A DNA stretch of 63,908 nucleotides, counting the filler, from Reclinomonas americana ATCC 50394 (taxonomy: Eukaryota): the NCBI GenBank assembly GCA_048213135.1. It is 8 parts of 4 records of this genome, joined end to end, with 100 filler letters (N's around TTAATTAATTAA, not from the genome) between each part and the next. Parts side by side here need not be neighbours in the genome. Positions count along the whole stretch, not along the records: positions 1 to 25,627 come from PS015249.1; positions 25,728 to 40,230 come from PS015250.1; 6 more parts are not named here. One strand, given 5' to 3'. Under the pieces are notes generated by a model, which saw nothing but the letters and a program-made list of their open reading frames with translations, ran no database searches and was not told the origin of the DNA. Position 1 is the first letter of the stretch; each line of letters opens with the position of its first letter. Below are positions 14,240 to 27,058 of this stretch, in pieces. Made by a program: the position numbers and the translations under genes.

Positions 14240-14590
14240 GAAGGAGGAAGCTGCTCGAAGGGGAAGGCTTGTGTGTTGCAGTTGCCACTTATGCTGCGTT
14301 GCAAAGTCGAGGCAGCATTGAGCGATCTTTATCGATATCGAGATCGATCCATTGAAGGAGGAAGCTGCCACTGTCGAAGAGAAGCGATCGCTCATCGCAC
14401 GTACCAGCCGTACGTATACAGCGTTCAGTATCGATATCATAATCGATCGACTGCGAAGGACATACAGCTGTGAAAAGGAAGCTGCCACTGTCGAAGAGAA
14501 GCGATCGCTCTTGCCCTTGCTCAAAAGTAGAGACAGCATGCAACGATTGACTGCGAAGGCACAGATCTGAGAAGACGGCGATCGCTCCTG
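14240..14590. repeat. Short dispersed/tandem repeat upstream of the GT77-like gene
   Basis: aggaagctgccactgtcgaagagaagcgatcgctc occurs at about 14358 and 14476, with partial copies at about 14240 and 14570. Confidence 0.7.
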
Positions 14591-14722
14591 CCCTGCTCAC
14601 TGCAGCTGCCGTGCCTGCATCGCCGTAAAGATATCGCTACAGGGTTCGCTCTCTCGGCTGCTATTGTGTGTTGGNNNNNNNNNNNNNNNNNNNNCATTTC
14701 ATTCTCTACACTATCTCTCTCT

Positions 14723-17521
14723 CTAAGCAACAGCCACGCTGAGCTGCTGCAGCTTCTCGACGCGACCGCGCTCGAGGAAGCGAGCGTCGATGCGGTCGAG
14801 GAAGGTGCGAATGGCAGGTATTGGGATGTACAGGCTGGTGTGCGGCTGGCCTTCTGGGTCAAAGTAGATGGATACCTGCGCGTGCGTGGTGGTGGTGGTG
14901 GCGATGAGTGCGTGAGGAAGAGATTGGAAGAGTGGCGGGTGGAGGATGAAGTAGCGCAACGTCCAATCCACAGCCCTTGGCCAGGAAAAAGTGGCACGGG
15001 TTCCACGAGATGGTCTCNNNNNNNNNNNNNNNNNNNNNNNNNNNNNNNNNNNNNNNNNNNNNNNNNNNNNNNNNNNNNNNNNNNNNNNNNNNNNNNNNNN
15101 NNNNNNNNNNNNNNNNNNNNNNNNNNNNNNNNNNNNNNNNNNNNNNNNNNNNNNNNNNNNNNNNNNNNNNNNNNNNNNNNNNNNNNNNNNNNNNNNNNNN
15201 NNNNNNNNNNNNNNNNNNNNNNNNNNNNNNNNNNNNNNNNNNNNNNNNNNNNNNNNNNNNNNNNNNNNNNNNNNNNNNNNNNNNNNNNNNNNNNNNNNNN
15301 NNNNNNNNNNNNNNNNNNNNNNNNNNNNNNNNNNNNNNNNNNNNNNNNNNNNNNNNNNNNNNNNNNNNNNNNNNNNNNNNNNNNNNNNNNNNNNNNNNNN
15401 NNNNNNNNNNNNNNNNNNNNNNNNNNNNNNNNNNNNNNNNNNNNNNNNNNNNNNNNNNNNNNNNNNNNNNNNNNNNNNNNNNNNNNNNNNNNNNNNNNNN
15501 NNNNNNNNNNNNNNNNNNNNNNNNNNNNNNNNNNNNNNNNNNNNNNNNNNNNNNNNNNNNNNNNNNNNNNNNNNNNNNNNNNNNNNNNNNNNNNNNNNNN
15601 NNNNNNNNNNNNNNNNNNNNNNNTGTTTGGTAGCCGGGGTGGATCTCAAAGTACGAGCTCCCCTCGCGAACAAACAGATTGTGAACGGAGCCTGTGCGCG
15701 CGCAGTCAATAAAATACTCCATGGCCGTCGTTTTTGACTGTGAGCGTGTCACGCACCTGCACCCTCCGGAGCAATGACCAGATCGGCGGTGGAGAAGAGC
15801 AACATGGAGTCGTAGAACGACAACTTCCCGTCGAACTTGTCGACAACCCAGTGCGGGAAGTTGTTCTGAATGTAGGCCTCGATCTGCGAAAACACAGTCG
15901 GTCAGCTGCCGAACAAGTCTCTCACAGACCAGCGCACTCACCTGATTCTCGCTGAGCAGCTCACGGGAACGACCCTTGCGTTGCACGATGATCACGTGAC
16001 GAATCTCACGCGAAACGGCACCACCGTTCGTCCGCTCGGCGCGCGCTCTGGCCTCTGCACCAACGAAAAAGAGAGCGTGAACGTAGCGACACCTACACCG
16101 TCACTCACTCGCCACGAACCAGGCCAGAAAGAGTTCCAGTGCGAGTTCAGCGCACTACCGTGCAGGCTCCAGATGATCTGGCGGAATTTTCGAATCAACG
16201 TCACGGGCGGCTGGCCGCAATACGTGCCGGCGGGGAAGTACACGCGATCGGCATTCAGGCCGGCAAAGCTCTTGTCCAGCCGAATGAGCTGCCACAAAGC
16301 ACGTGAGCGTGAGGGCGCGAGTGTGCGTGTGCAAGAGTGGTTCTGTGAGACGAAACTCGATGCTGCGAGATGCCGAGCAACTCCATCAGTTCCACATCCT
16401 TCTCACCGTACATGCTGGCCGAGATGGCCACCTTCAGCTTCGGCATGCTCTGCACCAGATCCCACACCTGCAGCAGGCGCATGGTCTCCTCCATGACAAA
16501 GTGGAAGAAGCCGTCGCCCCACGTCATGCGCAACACCACCACGTCCATCGCCGGCCGCACCGCTCCCTGCGGATACTGCGTCGACGATGCCTTGCCATCG
16601 CGATGACACTGCTCGGCCACATACGCAAACTTGGAGTCGTACACCACTCCACCATTGTCGACCAGCTGCGCACGGGCACCATTCAGCATCGACCAGCGAA
16701 ACAACACAGGTACAGCACGCACCGCGCCCGGAATCACGGCATACCACGACTGCCATCGCCCAGACTTGTGCATGACAAAGCCCGGCGCGCCAGGCACCGG
16801 CAGCACCGGCGGCCCCAACACATCGCGATTGCCCGGTATCCTCACCGGCTCCTCGACAATCACCGGCGTCGTCTGACGCATGACACGTAAGGTGGACAAC
16901 TCGAGTGCATACAGGCAAGCGACGACTAAACCAAATCATACTGCGGTAACCGCACGACTGAGGCGCCTTCCGGAAGCAACGCACGATGCTTCAGCACATC
17001 GCCTCCCACCAGCACCGTCAGACCGTTCTCATTCAACATCAGATCTTGCACGCATATAAGATGAGCTGTCACTGTCTCCACCAAAGGGACTTCAACACAG
17101 ACAGACAGAGTGACTGACCAGCCTCCTCGCGATAATCCAACACAGCATCGGGGGCGAGCGGGCGAATAACCTCGGGATCGGGTCGCACAGAGCCTCCCGC
17201 GCGTCGCACCTCAATCAACTCGTATCGTTGCGTTGCTCGCCATCGCCACACCAACGCCCACACAATCAACACCACTGCAACAGTGGCGACTGCTGCAATG
17301 ACCAGGCACTGTTGTTGGCGCTGTTGGTGGTGTTGGTGCTTTTGCTGAGGGGATTCGAGGAGATCTTCTTCTTCGACACTGGAGAGCTCATTGAGTGCGT
17401 GCTCGCTGTCGTTGTTGGAGTGGCGACAGCAGTGGTGGCGACACCAGGCGAGGATGTGAGAGAGGGAGGCGGGGAGAGGCACAGAGAGGAGACCGTGCGG
17501 GCGCATTCGCACTTGTCGCAT
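14723..17521 (-). CDS. Glycosyltransferase family 61 (DUF563-like), type II membrane protein, spliced, interrupted by a gap
   Basis: TM segment LVIAAVATVAVVLIVWALVW; WGDGFFHFVMEETMRL; VIIVQRKGRSRELLSE; FYDSMLLFSTADLVIAPEG. A probable last exon VSIYFDPEG...VAVA* lies beyond the N gap (assignment inferred). Confidence 0.7.
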
Positions 17522-18244
17522 GGCCGGGGTGGTGAGGAGAGGACGAACATGCAGGACAGCGAGAAGGAGCGTAAGGGTTCCCCTAGAGCTCTGCCCCTCT
17601 CTCACGTAGTGAAGGGTCTCAGCGTAACCGGATCCTCAAACCTCATCTCTTGGCGCACGTCGACCTGACAGCACGAACCCCTCTCTCGCGTATGGTGACG
17701 GGTGTTNNNNNNNNNNNNNNNNNNNNNNNNNNNNNNNNNNNNNNNNNNNNNNNNNNNNNNNNNNNNNNNNNNNNNNNNNNNNNNNNNNNNNNNNNNNNNN
17801 NNNNNNNNNNNNNNNNNNNNNNNNNNNNNNNNNNNNNNNNNNNNNNNNNNNNNNNNNNNNNNNNNNNNNNNNNNNNNNNNNNNNNNNNNNNNNNNNNNNN
17901 NNNNNNNNNNNNNNNNNNNNNNNNNNNNNNNNNNNNNNNNNNNNNNNNNNNNNNNNNNNNNNNNNNNNNNNNNNNNNNNNNNNNNNNNNNNNNNNNNNNN
18001 NNNNNNNNNNNNNNNNNNNNNNNNNNNNNNNNNNNNNNNNNNNNNNNNNNNNNNNNNNNNNNNNNNNNNNNNNNNNNNNNNNNNNNNNNNNNNNNNNNNN
18101 NNNNNNNNNNNNNNNNNNNNNNNNNNNNNNCACGTCGGTTTAGTATGGGGAAAAATCGGGGAAAGTTACTATGTGACAGAAGAGAGGAGAGGGCAGGAGG
18201 GGAAAAAAGAAAAGTGGAAGAAGAGATGGAAAGCTGCCTTTCGT

Positions 18245-21200
18245 CTAGAGCTTGAGCCACAGCTTGAGCGTGGCGGGTGTGAGGTAGTCGACGAGAGTCT
18301 GCGGTGGCGGGACGGCGTCGCGTGCGTACCACTCCAGCGAGTAGAGCACCATCATGAGGCCGTTACCGGCACCCAGCATCAACCACAGGAACACCTGTGC
18401 ATCCAAATGAGAGAGAAGCGCAACAACAAGAAAACACCGCAGCACGACGCAACATTCCACACGCGTGCTCGCATGCGGCGAGTGAGCACAATAAACAGCA
18501 TGCCCGGGCCGCCGAAGAGCAGGAGCAGAATGGGGTAGAAGCCGCCAAACACGAACGAAATGATCCACTCGTGAATGACGGCCGAGATGAAGAAGGCGAC
18601 GCCCATGGCTTGTGTGCGGGTGAGGCCGCCCAACTCGTGCAGATCGAGATACGCGTACTCCTTGATGAACTCGTGCACGACGCCNNNNNNNNNNNNNNNN
18701 NNNNGTTCCACTTGCGGTAGAACACCTGCATTGCGCGAGCGATGAGAGAAGGAGGAAAAAAGGAGGGAGGTAGGGAGGAAGAGAAAGAGAGAGGGAGGGA
18801 GGGAGGGAAAAGGAGGGAGGTAGGGAGGGAGAGAAAGAGAGAGGAAGAGAGGGAAGTGGTAAAGAGAGAGACGGAGAGAGAGATAGAGACAAAAGAGGGA
18901 AAGAGAGAAAAAGGGGAAATAGAGGGAAGTCAGAGAAAAAGAGAGGGAAAGAGAGAGACGGAGGGAGAGATAGAGAAAGGAGACAGAGAGAGGGGGGAGA
19001 GAAAAGGAGGAACGAGAGAGAGCGCGAGAGAGAGTAACAAACCTCCCACGTGCGCGCGTTCCACCAGTCCTCGTAGAAGCGGCGATCGGCGAAGCGAGTC
19101 AACTCCGCAAACATGTTCTGCATGAACGGTGAGACACGAGAACACGCAATCTTCACCCACAACCAAGACGCACCTGCCACGTGTGCAGGATCAAGTAGTG
19201 ACCGAGGAACATGAGCGCCATGCCAGGTCCCATCGCACCGACCCACGCCGCAAAGAACGACGTGTAATCGCTGAAAACACTGAGCCGGTCGAACTGCGGC
19301 AGCACCCAGCGGAACACGAGGTATGTGTAGTACACCACACCTGCCGCGGTTGTGTGTGTCAGCACCGAAATAAAGAGATGAGGGGCAAGGAGACGACCCA
19401 CGCACCAATGCCCTCCAGCAGACGCGTGACCACGGCACCCCAGTGGATGCAGGTGGTGCGCGGGTAGTGACGGCGGTACACCAGCGTCGGCGCAAACAGG
19501 AAGAAGAGGAAGGAGCGGAACTCCGAGTCCACGTATTCGGGAGTGATGGGGGAGACGGGTTCGGTGGCGTTGCCCATGGTCTTCCACAGGAGTTTCTCGC
19601 GGAAGTAGGCGTGCATCTGCGCAGGGGGGAGGAAAGGGGGAAGGGATGTGAGGAAAGGAAAAAAGATAAAGAAGGGGACAGCAAAGGCAGGAAAAAAAGG
19701 GGGGGAGAGACAGTGAACGGCAGGAGCGATAAAATGCAAAAGAAACAACAATAACGAAGGGCGAGAGGCAGAGAAGAAGGGAAGAGAAAGACTGAAAGTA
19801 AAAAGCAGGGTGGAGACAGAGAGAGCAAATTAAGAGACAATCACAAGGAAGGGGATGCGTGTGCGAGAGCAAAAGAAGAGTCAAAGGAGAAGAGGAAGTG
19901 AAGTCAGTGAGAGGATAATGGGAGATACAGATGGGGAGTACCAGAGAGAATAATCAGGAGGAAGAAGCAAAGCGCGGTAGTATTGCATGAGAGGCAGAGA
20001 GAGGGGATGGAGAAGAGAACGAGAGCGAGAGAGGAAAGGGAGGGAAGAGGAGGCAGAGGAGAGGAGGACGAAAACAGAAAGCAACCCGGAGGAGAAAGAA
20101 GACAAAGCGCGAAGAAGAGAAGCAAGCGTGATGGTAAAGTGCAGGAAAGAGAAGAGAGACGATACTTCTGCGGCCCTTGGCACGACAAACCTTCATGGAA
20201 ATACGTGCTTGCTCGGCCAGCAATGCCGCACGCAATGGTGGATTGAACGACGTTGTCCAGTACGCCGACAGACCAAACATCACAAACTGCGCGAGTGGCA
20301 AATGGAAGGAGTGAATAAACATGAGCGTCATCGATCGCGCTCGTGCCGCAACGAATTGCAGATAGAAGGCTGAAAGAAGGCAACTAGCACCACTACTCTT
20401 AACACACCTAATCTACCTTCCTCCTTCCCAACTCCCTTTTCCTCTCCTCTCTCCCGCTCTCTCCTAACACCACCCCCACGAAACCCACCTGCTGGGCAGC
20501 GTACACTGCGACCCAGAAGCGATAGGCCAGTCGACTGCCGGTCACGGCGAGATGACCGTAGAACAGTACAAGCAGCGACATGAACATCAGCGCCATCCAG
20601 CGCCACACGAATCTGTCGGCGCCCGCAAAGCCCCACAACAGCAGCGAGAAGTCGGTGAGTGTGCCAGTGCGCTGGTAGTCGGTGAGGATGAGGTTGAGCG
20701 AGATGGCAATCAGTGCCGACAGCGCAATATTGAAAATGGTCTGGCGCATGTCGGGAGTTGTGCAGTGAGTATGAATGATCACAGAGGAAGAGATGCATGC
20801 ATTCTTTCCCCACTCGCCACGCAACTTGGTACGAGTCCTCGCGCATCATCTTGGTCAGCGTGCTCTCGCACGCCACATACACCTTGCGACGCGGTCGCGG
20901 CGGCTGCGCCGGCGCCTTGCTCACCGACTGGATCGCCTCCATCATCACCGAATCCAAGTCATGCGACAGCTGCTGCACCTCCCTATCCAGCTCCGCATGC
21001 GCTCTCGAACGCACATCCTCCAGCTTGGTGATGAACGAGTTGCGCCACGAGGCAACCACCTAGCAAACCATCAGACTCGGGAGTCACAGGCAAACGAGCG
21101 AAGACCAGCACCTCTTTCAACTGGACACGCGCTCGTGCCTGTGACGGAGTCACCAGAGACAAGCACGCTGCATCTGCGTCCTCCAGCAGCGATGACGGAG

Positions 21201-21369
21201 CCGTGATGCTTCCATTGTTGTTGTGCTGATCGACAGCTGCAGAAGCTGCACTGCTGTCTCCATTGCTCACTGACGAATCCCCATTGTGATGATGATCAGC
21301 GGCTGCTCCATTGGGTCGCGAAGCACCATTGGAGGCACCACTGCCGCGTTTGCGCACTCCCGATGACAT
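18245..21369 (-). CDS. SOAT: Sterol O-acyltransferase (ACAT/SOAT, MBOAT family), spliced
   Basis: MHAYFRE, FLFFLFAPTLVYRRHYPRT, FAELTRFADRRFYEDWWN, FYRKWN..VVHEF, FFISAVIHEW (catalytic His), GNGLMMVLYSLEWYAR. Confidence 0.93.
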
Positions 21370-22479
21370 CTGCACACAAACGATCGGAGCAGGAAAATGC
21401 ACAAGTCGGAAAAGTGGGAGTGAGAGACTGAGAGTGTGCTCTCTCTCTCTCTCTCTCTCATACTCCTCTTCTCTCTTTTCGTGAATGAGTGGGAGGTGGA
21501 ACTGGGGTGCGACATGGCTCAGTTTCCACACAAAAGCAAACGCAAACGCACGCGCGCGGGCGCGAGAACGAGAGACAGAGATGCACACTGATGCACAGAG
21601 TGTGCACAGGAGAGCAACACAAGTGCGTTCAGTGAGTGCGTGCGAGTGAGACATGTCACCGGAGTGTGTGTGTGCAAGTGATGCAGTGCAGTGAGAATCT
21701 GTGTGTGTGCGGAGTGCGTGTGAGTGTGAAGAGACGCACCACACCACTGGCGGAGGAGTGTGCGTGCACCCGCGGCGAGTCGGCGACGGAGAGTGTGTTA
21801 AGTTGTCCACGCGCGCGCGAGTCGGACGGAGTTCACTTTTTTTCCCGATCCGAGGCGATTCTTCTTTCGGGTACCCGTCATGGTGTGTCTGCAGATGGCA
21901 TCTACTACACGCAGGTGTTAAGTGTGAGTGAGAGACAGAGGCGGAGTCAGCGCCCGGTCATTGTCTTTCGTTGGCAACCAATTGCGGATACGGGAACAAT
22001 ATGGCGTCGGCACCTGCGTTGCAAACACCACGCATACGCTCATAGCAGTGTGTCCCTGGTGACTCTCAGGGTGCTGCTTAAGTGCACACATACATGCACA
22101 TGCACAATTTGTATGTGTAATTAATTTGTTCGAATTTCCACTCAAGCACAAAATATGCGTGTGGTGAAGGTGTGGAGCTCCCTCTCTGTGCATAGAAGCA
22201 TCAGCGCACATGTACCGCATGTAACCATTCTCACAAGAAGCTTTCACTATTTCTCAAACACACAAAGAACAACTCATACATCAAATTTCATGTCGATATG
22301 TACCCACGGGAGTATACAAGCGGCAAGAAGCCCACACACGCCGCGCCGCATACGGCTCGACGGTCGTCATAATGGCTGGCACTCGCCTCCTCCCAACCCT
22401 CCCCGCTCTGCTCTCCCCTCCTCTCTCGCACACAACAATTTCGAATTTCCTGCACCCCCACTCACTCACTAACTCTCTG

Positions 22480-23744
22480 CTATTCCGCGGCCTGGTTCTG
22501 CTGCGAGTGCACCAATGCCAGCTTGCACATGGCGGAGGCGCGCGGCAGGTCCAGTCTTGCCAGCAGGCGCACAAAGTTCTCGAAGAGATCTCGGTCCTCC
22601 TCCTTGTCGAATTGCATGGCGGCCGCCGACAATGGCGACGCCATGGCGGAGCTGCCGGCGGCTGAACTTGGCCGACTCGCACTGGCGGACCTGGTTTATA
22701 TGTGAGCATGGAGCGCCATCGCATGTTCATGGGAGGAGAAGGAGACGCAACAGTTTCTTGCCCTGCAGGCCGGTTTGCGGAGTGTGTGAAGGCGGCTTGC
22801 CGTAGGCCTCGGACAGCGCTTGTGGTGTGAGAGGGCCTGTGTGGAGGGAGGGCGAGTCAGTTGAGTGTACAAGACGATTGTGCAGGCCTACACGCACCAA
22901 CGCTGAGCTGCTCCTCGTCGCCGTCGCCCGTGTCGATGGACACCGACACGGTGCTCATTCCCGGTCGCCCTCGCAGACCGGCCATGTTGGCTCGTCGGCT
23001 TCCCGGTGTGGCCGGCTTGGCGCCACCGAAGGTGGGCGATAGTGCCGAGGGTGACGAGTACATGCGGCCGTGCTTGGGGCCGGAGGGTGGTGTCGGGGTG
23101 TCAAAGGCATCGAAACTGACACACAAGCGGTGAGTGGCGTTTCTCTTTTTTTTCGTGTCAGTTGTGCAAGGAGGCGCAACTGTGGCGACGACGACTCTCC
23201 CAACGCGGCACCGTAGGGAGTGCTGGCAAATGTCCTTCCCGTGTCGCGTGATCCACCAAACGAGCCGCGCGAGATGGCAGAGAGCGGCCGTGTCCGGCCG
23301 GCCGAGGCTGACCTTGGTCGGCTGCTGCTGCGAGAGGGGCTGCGCGACCGATCGCCGCCGAGGTCTGCGGTGGAGTTGAGTTCGGGTCTCGTCGGTGCTG
23401 CACGAGGAGACATGAGAAGAAAGAGTGAGCGAAAGAGCATTGGCGTTGTGAACGGTGGGCGGGGACGCAACACTTTTGCAGTCCCGGCGGCAGGTTGACC
23501 ATGGTGCGAGGGGGTGAGGTGTCGATGCAGCTGCGCATGTTACGCAGCAGCTCGCGGTGCTTGCGTCGGTTTGAGTTGATCACATCACGGCCCATCTGCC
23601 GCAAAGGGAAGTGAGTCAATGCGAACAACCGAATCGCACACAAAAACGCACGCAGCCACACACACACACACACACCGGTGTCGAGGCAGCGTAGGCAAAG
23701 TGGCCCGGTCGCCAGTGCGCCATCGTCGTTCCGGGTCCGTTCAT
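22480..23744 (-). CDS. Hypothetical spliced protein with an N-terminal H-x(n)-IDTSPP motif resembling CFAP97/SPATA7-type proteins, followed by a Ser/Pro/Arg-rich low-complexity region
   Basis: Exon path MNGPGTTMAHWRPGHFAYAASTP|MGRDVINSNRRKHRELLRNMRSCIDTSPPRT ... EEDRDLFENFVRLLARLDLPRASAMCKLAL..AAE*. Family call rests on motif memory only. Confidence 0.5.
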
Positions 23745-24396
23745 GATGATGTGAGGAAAAGAGAGATGACTGTATGCGACAAAGAGAGAGAGTCAGTTTC
23801 CTCGCGGCATAACTCCTCTCACAAAAAAAGTGAATCATAAGTCACGCATACAGAAGGTGTGAAACTGAGCAGGGCAGGGCAGCGTGGCAGAGCGGTCTTG
23901 AGAGAGAACAAGGAAAAGAGCTGCTGCGCTGACAAGTAAAGAGTCCGAGCAAGAGAGGAGTTGAAGAACGGACGCGAGAGTGGAGATGGCCGCGTCTTGT
24001 TCAGACACCTCGCGCTCACTGCCTCGTGCCCTCTCTCTCACACACACACACGCACACTGGCAAGCAGCAGCAATGCACGCACATGCACCGCAAGAGAGCA
24101 GAAGAGCAGCGCAAAGGAGACCCGAGGAACGAGCGAGAGAGAGCCGCGGCGGGAAGAAACGCTGACACTGTAAACGCACCTTTCTAATGCAAGTGACAGG
24201 CAGGCAGGCAGTGGCGATGAAGCAAAGGGGGCGATTGACAACGGCAACGATGAAAGGTAAACACCCACACAACAACAACAACGGCTGGTAATACTCTCTC
24301 GCACACAACCAAGAAACTGAGCGCTGGACAGATTGGATGTCTACAGCTGGAGCCAATCTGTCCATCACACACATCACACACTCTTCTGGTTACGAG

Positions 24397-24906
24397 ATGG
24401 CAGATTTCCAAACGATCGGACAGCAGTTTGTCGAGGTGAGAGCGCGCGTTTACGTGTGTGAGCGTGCGTGTGTGAAGAGCTATTTGCGGATGATGGCGCG
24501 CGACATGTCATGTCGCGCAGTCTCTCTCGCTCGCTCTCTCTCTTCTCCACGCACACCGCAAGTCGTGCGTGAGTGACTGACTATATGTGTGTGTGTCGCA
24601 TCCACTGCAGTTCTACTATGGAACGTTTGACACGAACTTGGAGGGTCTGGCGGGCCTCTATGTTGCGTCACGTTGTTGCTTGACTCTGCACACACACGCA
24701 CTCTCTCTGTCTGTCTCTCTCTCACGCACATATGCACACTGACACACTGACACACTTCACTTCGAGTTGTCTGCTGTCGTTGAGCGTGTGTGTTTTCGCG
24801 CCATGTCACACAAAAGTGACGCAAACACTCACACTCTGTGCACAGACGGCCGACAGTCTCATGACGTGGGAGTCGGGCCAGTTTGGTGGCGTGGAGGCGA
24901 TTATGG
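24397..24906 (+). CDS. NTF2: Nuclear transport factor 2, 5' part (truncated by gap and linker)
   Basis: Spliced MADFQTIGQQFVE|FYYGTFDTNLEGLAGLY|TADSLMTWESGQFGGVEAIM matches the NTF2 N-terminus. Confidence 0.88.
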
Positions 24907-25671
24907 NNNNNNNNNNNNNNNNNNNNGAGAGAGAGAGAGGAACGGGGGACGGGGGTCAGAAATGAGCGCGGAATATGCGTGCTGTGTGTGTATGAGAAGG
25001 GGAAGGGAGAGGGTGTGTCTCTCGCCGCACCTCTTTATCAACGGCTGCATACGCACACTCTCTCTTTCTCCTTTTGCGTCGACATTCCCAGTTCGTAGCA
25101 CTCTTCCTCTTCTCGTTGGCTCCTTCCAATGACAGACACGGCCAACAACAACGCAGTTTGTCTTGTCTCCTCCTGCCTGTCACTGATATCTTCGAGTTCG
25201 TAGCACTCTTCCTTCTCTTCGTTGTTGATCACGTTTGTGCGCATCTCGCGTGCACATCCCACGTGCCGCCGAAAGTGATGGTCGACAGCTCTGCAGTGTG
25301 TCTTTGTAAATTCTGCTCTCTTTCTCCACTTGCACTCTTCCTTCTCATGTTGGTGTGACCGCGTTCACTTCCTCGTCGCACATCCCTCAGGTGAAGCACG
25401 GCGTTGACAGCCCCGCAGTGTGTCTCTCACAGCAGCTGCTCTTTCTTCACTCGTTTATGTCACCTCTTTCTCACCGTCGAAAGCTGTCGACCGTTGCACT
25501 GGTGTGATTGGAAGGAGAGAGAGAGAGATAGAGAGAGAGAGCGCGTCTCATTCGACTCTGTGCTTTGAAAGCTGCTTCTTATCTCTCTGCACTGTGAGTG
25601 TATCACTGACTTGCTCTGTTACAATGCNNNNNNNNNNNNNNNNNNNNNNNNNNNNNNNNNNNNNNNNNNNN

Positions 25672-25683
25672 TTAATTAATTAA
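25672..25683. other. Artificial scaffold linker TTAATTAATTAA in N-runs (also at 40275, 49070, 55120, 57663, 58839, 60767)
   Basis: The identical 12-mer, which puts stops in all six frames, is centred in symmetrical N blocks at seven positions. Confidence 0.95.
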
Positions 25684-25727
25684 NNNNNNNNNNNNNNNNN
25701 NNNNNNNNNNNNNNNNNNNNNNNNNNN

Positions 25728-26650
25728 GGCATACACGCAGTTCGCATGTGCTTGCAGCCGTTGCAGCTCTTCCCCACTCGCCAACGACCGCACCCGCACA
25801 GTCTTGTCGTAGCTTCCACTCACGACGCGCCGGCTGTCGGGAGTGACAGCAACAGATACCACACTGCAGGGCAACTTGAGTTGCCATACCTCTGCACCAC
25901 TCGCCAGCGACCACACTCGCACCGTCGCATCCCAGCCGCCACTCACCACGTGCTGCGAGTCGGGAGCGACAGCAACCGACACAATTCCTCCCGTGTGTCC
26001 CACCAGCCGTTGCACCTCCTCTCCACTCGCCAGCGACCACACCCGCACCGTGTTGTCAGAGCTGCCACTCACGACATGCTGGCCATCGAAGGAGACAGCC
26101 ACACAAATCACCGACAACGCGTGGCCAATCAACTGCCGCACTTCTTCCCCACTCGCCACCGACCACACACGCACAGTACGGTCTTCACTGCCACTCACAA
26201 TGTGCTGGCCATCAGGGGTGACAGCGACCGAGTTCACCTCGCCTCGGTGTCCCTTCAGTCGGCGNNNNNNNNNNNNNNNNNNNNNNNNNNNNNNNNNNNN
26301 NNNNNNNNNNNNNNNNNNNNNNNNNNNNNNNNNNNNNNNNNNNNNNNNNNNNNNNNNNNNNNNNNNNNNNNNNNNNNNNNNNNNNNNNNNNNNNNNNNGT
26401 TGCCGTGACACCCGACGGCCAGCACATTATCAGCGGCAGCGCGGACAAGACGGTGTGTGTGTGGTCGACGCCGTGTGGCCTTGCTCGCTGGGAGGTGGAG
26501 TGCGCGCGTGCGGCGATGCTCGCCGTGCGCGAGATGAATGGGGAAGGAGAAGAGCGCTGCCTGCCAGAGATGGTGTTGCGGTGCTTTTTGGTGGAGGATG
26601 CAGAGGCCGTTCTCTATCGATGTTCTGTTGATGACGAAATGCGCTTGTGA
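25728..26650 (+). CDS. WD40 paralog 1 (partial); contig 25728-26264 appears inverted relative to its C-terminal part 26399-26650
   Basis: The minus-strand WD repeats end ...AHANCVYA and the plus-strand piece begins VAVTPDGQHIISGS. The same junction (gtgtatgcc-gttgccgtgaca) is contiguous in paralog 4 near 30773. Shared tail PCGLAR..LPEMVLRCFLVEDAE. Confidence 0.75.
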
Positions 26651-26800
26651 GAGGAGGGGGTACAAGTGAAGAAGAGAGGTTTCTGCAAGAGGCTTGTCTT
26701 CGCAAACATGACAACTCGCCCTCAGTGAAATTAGAGGCGTGATTCTGGTTAAAGTAGCCTGTCCTTCCAATCGTCTCACTCGCAGTGCGTGTCCTTGTGA

Positions 26801-26915
26801 TCAAACGTCCTCACTTCCAATCACGACGTGCTGGCCATCGGGAGTCATGGCGACGGTATGTACATGATCAGTGTGTCCACGATCGCACTTGTGACAGACG
26901 GGAGAGCTGAGGACA
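26801..26915 (-). pseudogene. Truncated 5' stub of the minus-strand WD40 gene type
   Basis: Encodes HKCDRGHTDHVHTVAMTPDGQHVVIGSEDV*, homologous to the start of 28632-29750. The start codon is altered. Confidence 0.75.
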
Positions 26916-27058
26916 GGGGGGGGGCGCGGGGGAGAATTCACCTGTCCACTCGAGTCGACAGCTTTAAATCCCTCATATAATATCACTCGCTCGCTCTCAC
27001 GCACTCACTCACACACACACTCTCTCTCACTCACTCACTCTCTCTCTCTCTCACGCGA

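Noticed and set aside
21636-22470. Short ORFs between SOAT and the hypothetical gene
   Set aside because: Microsatellite-rich promoter/UTR-like sequence without coding character.
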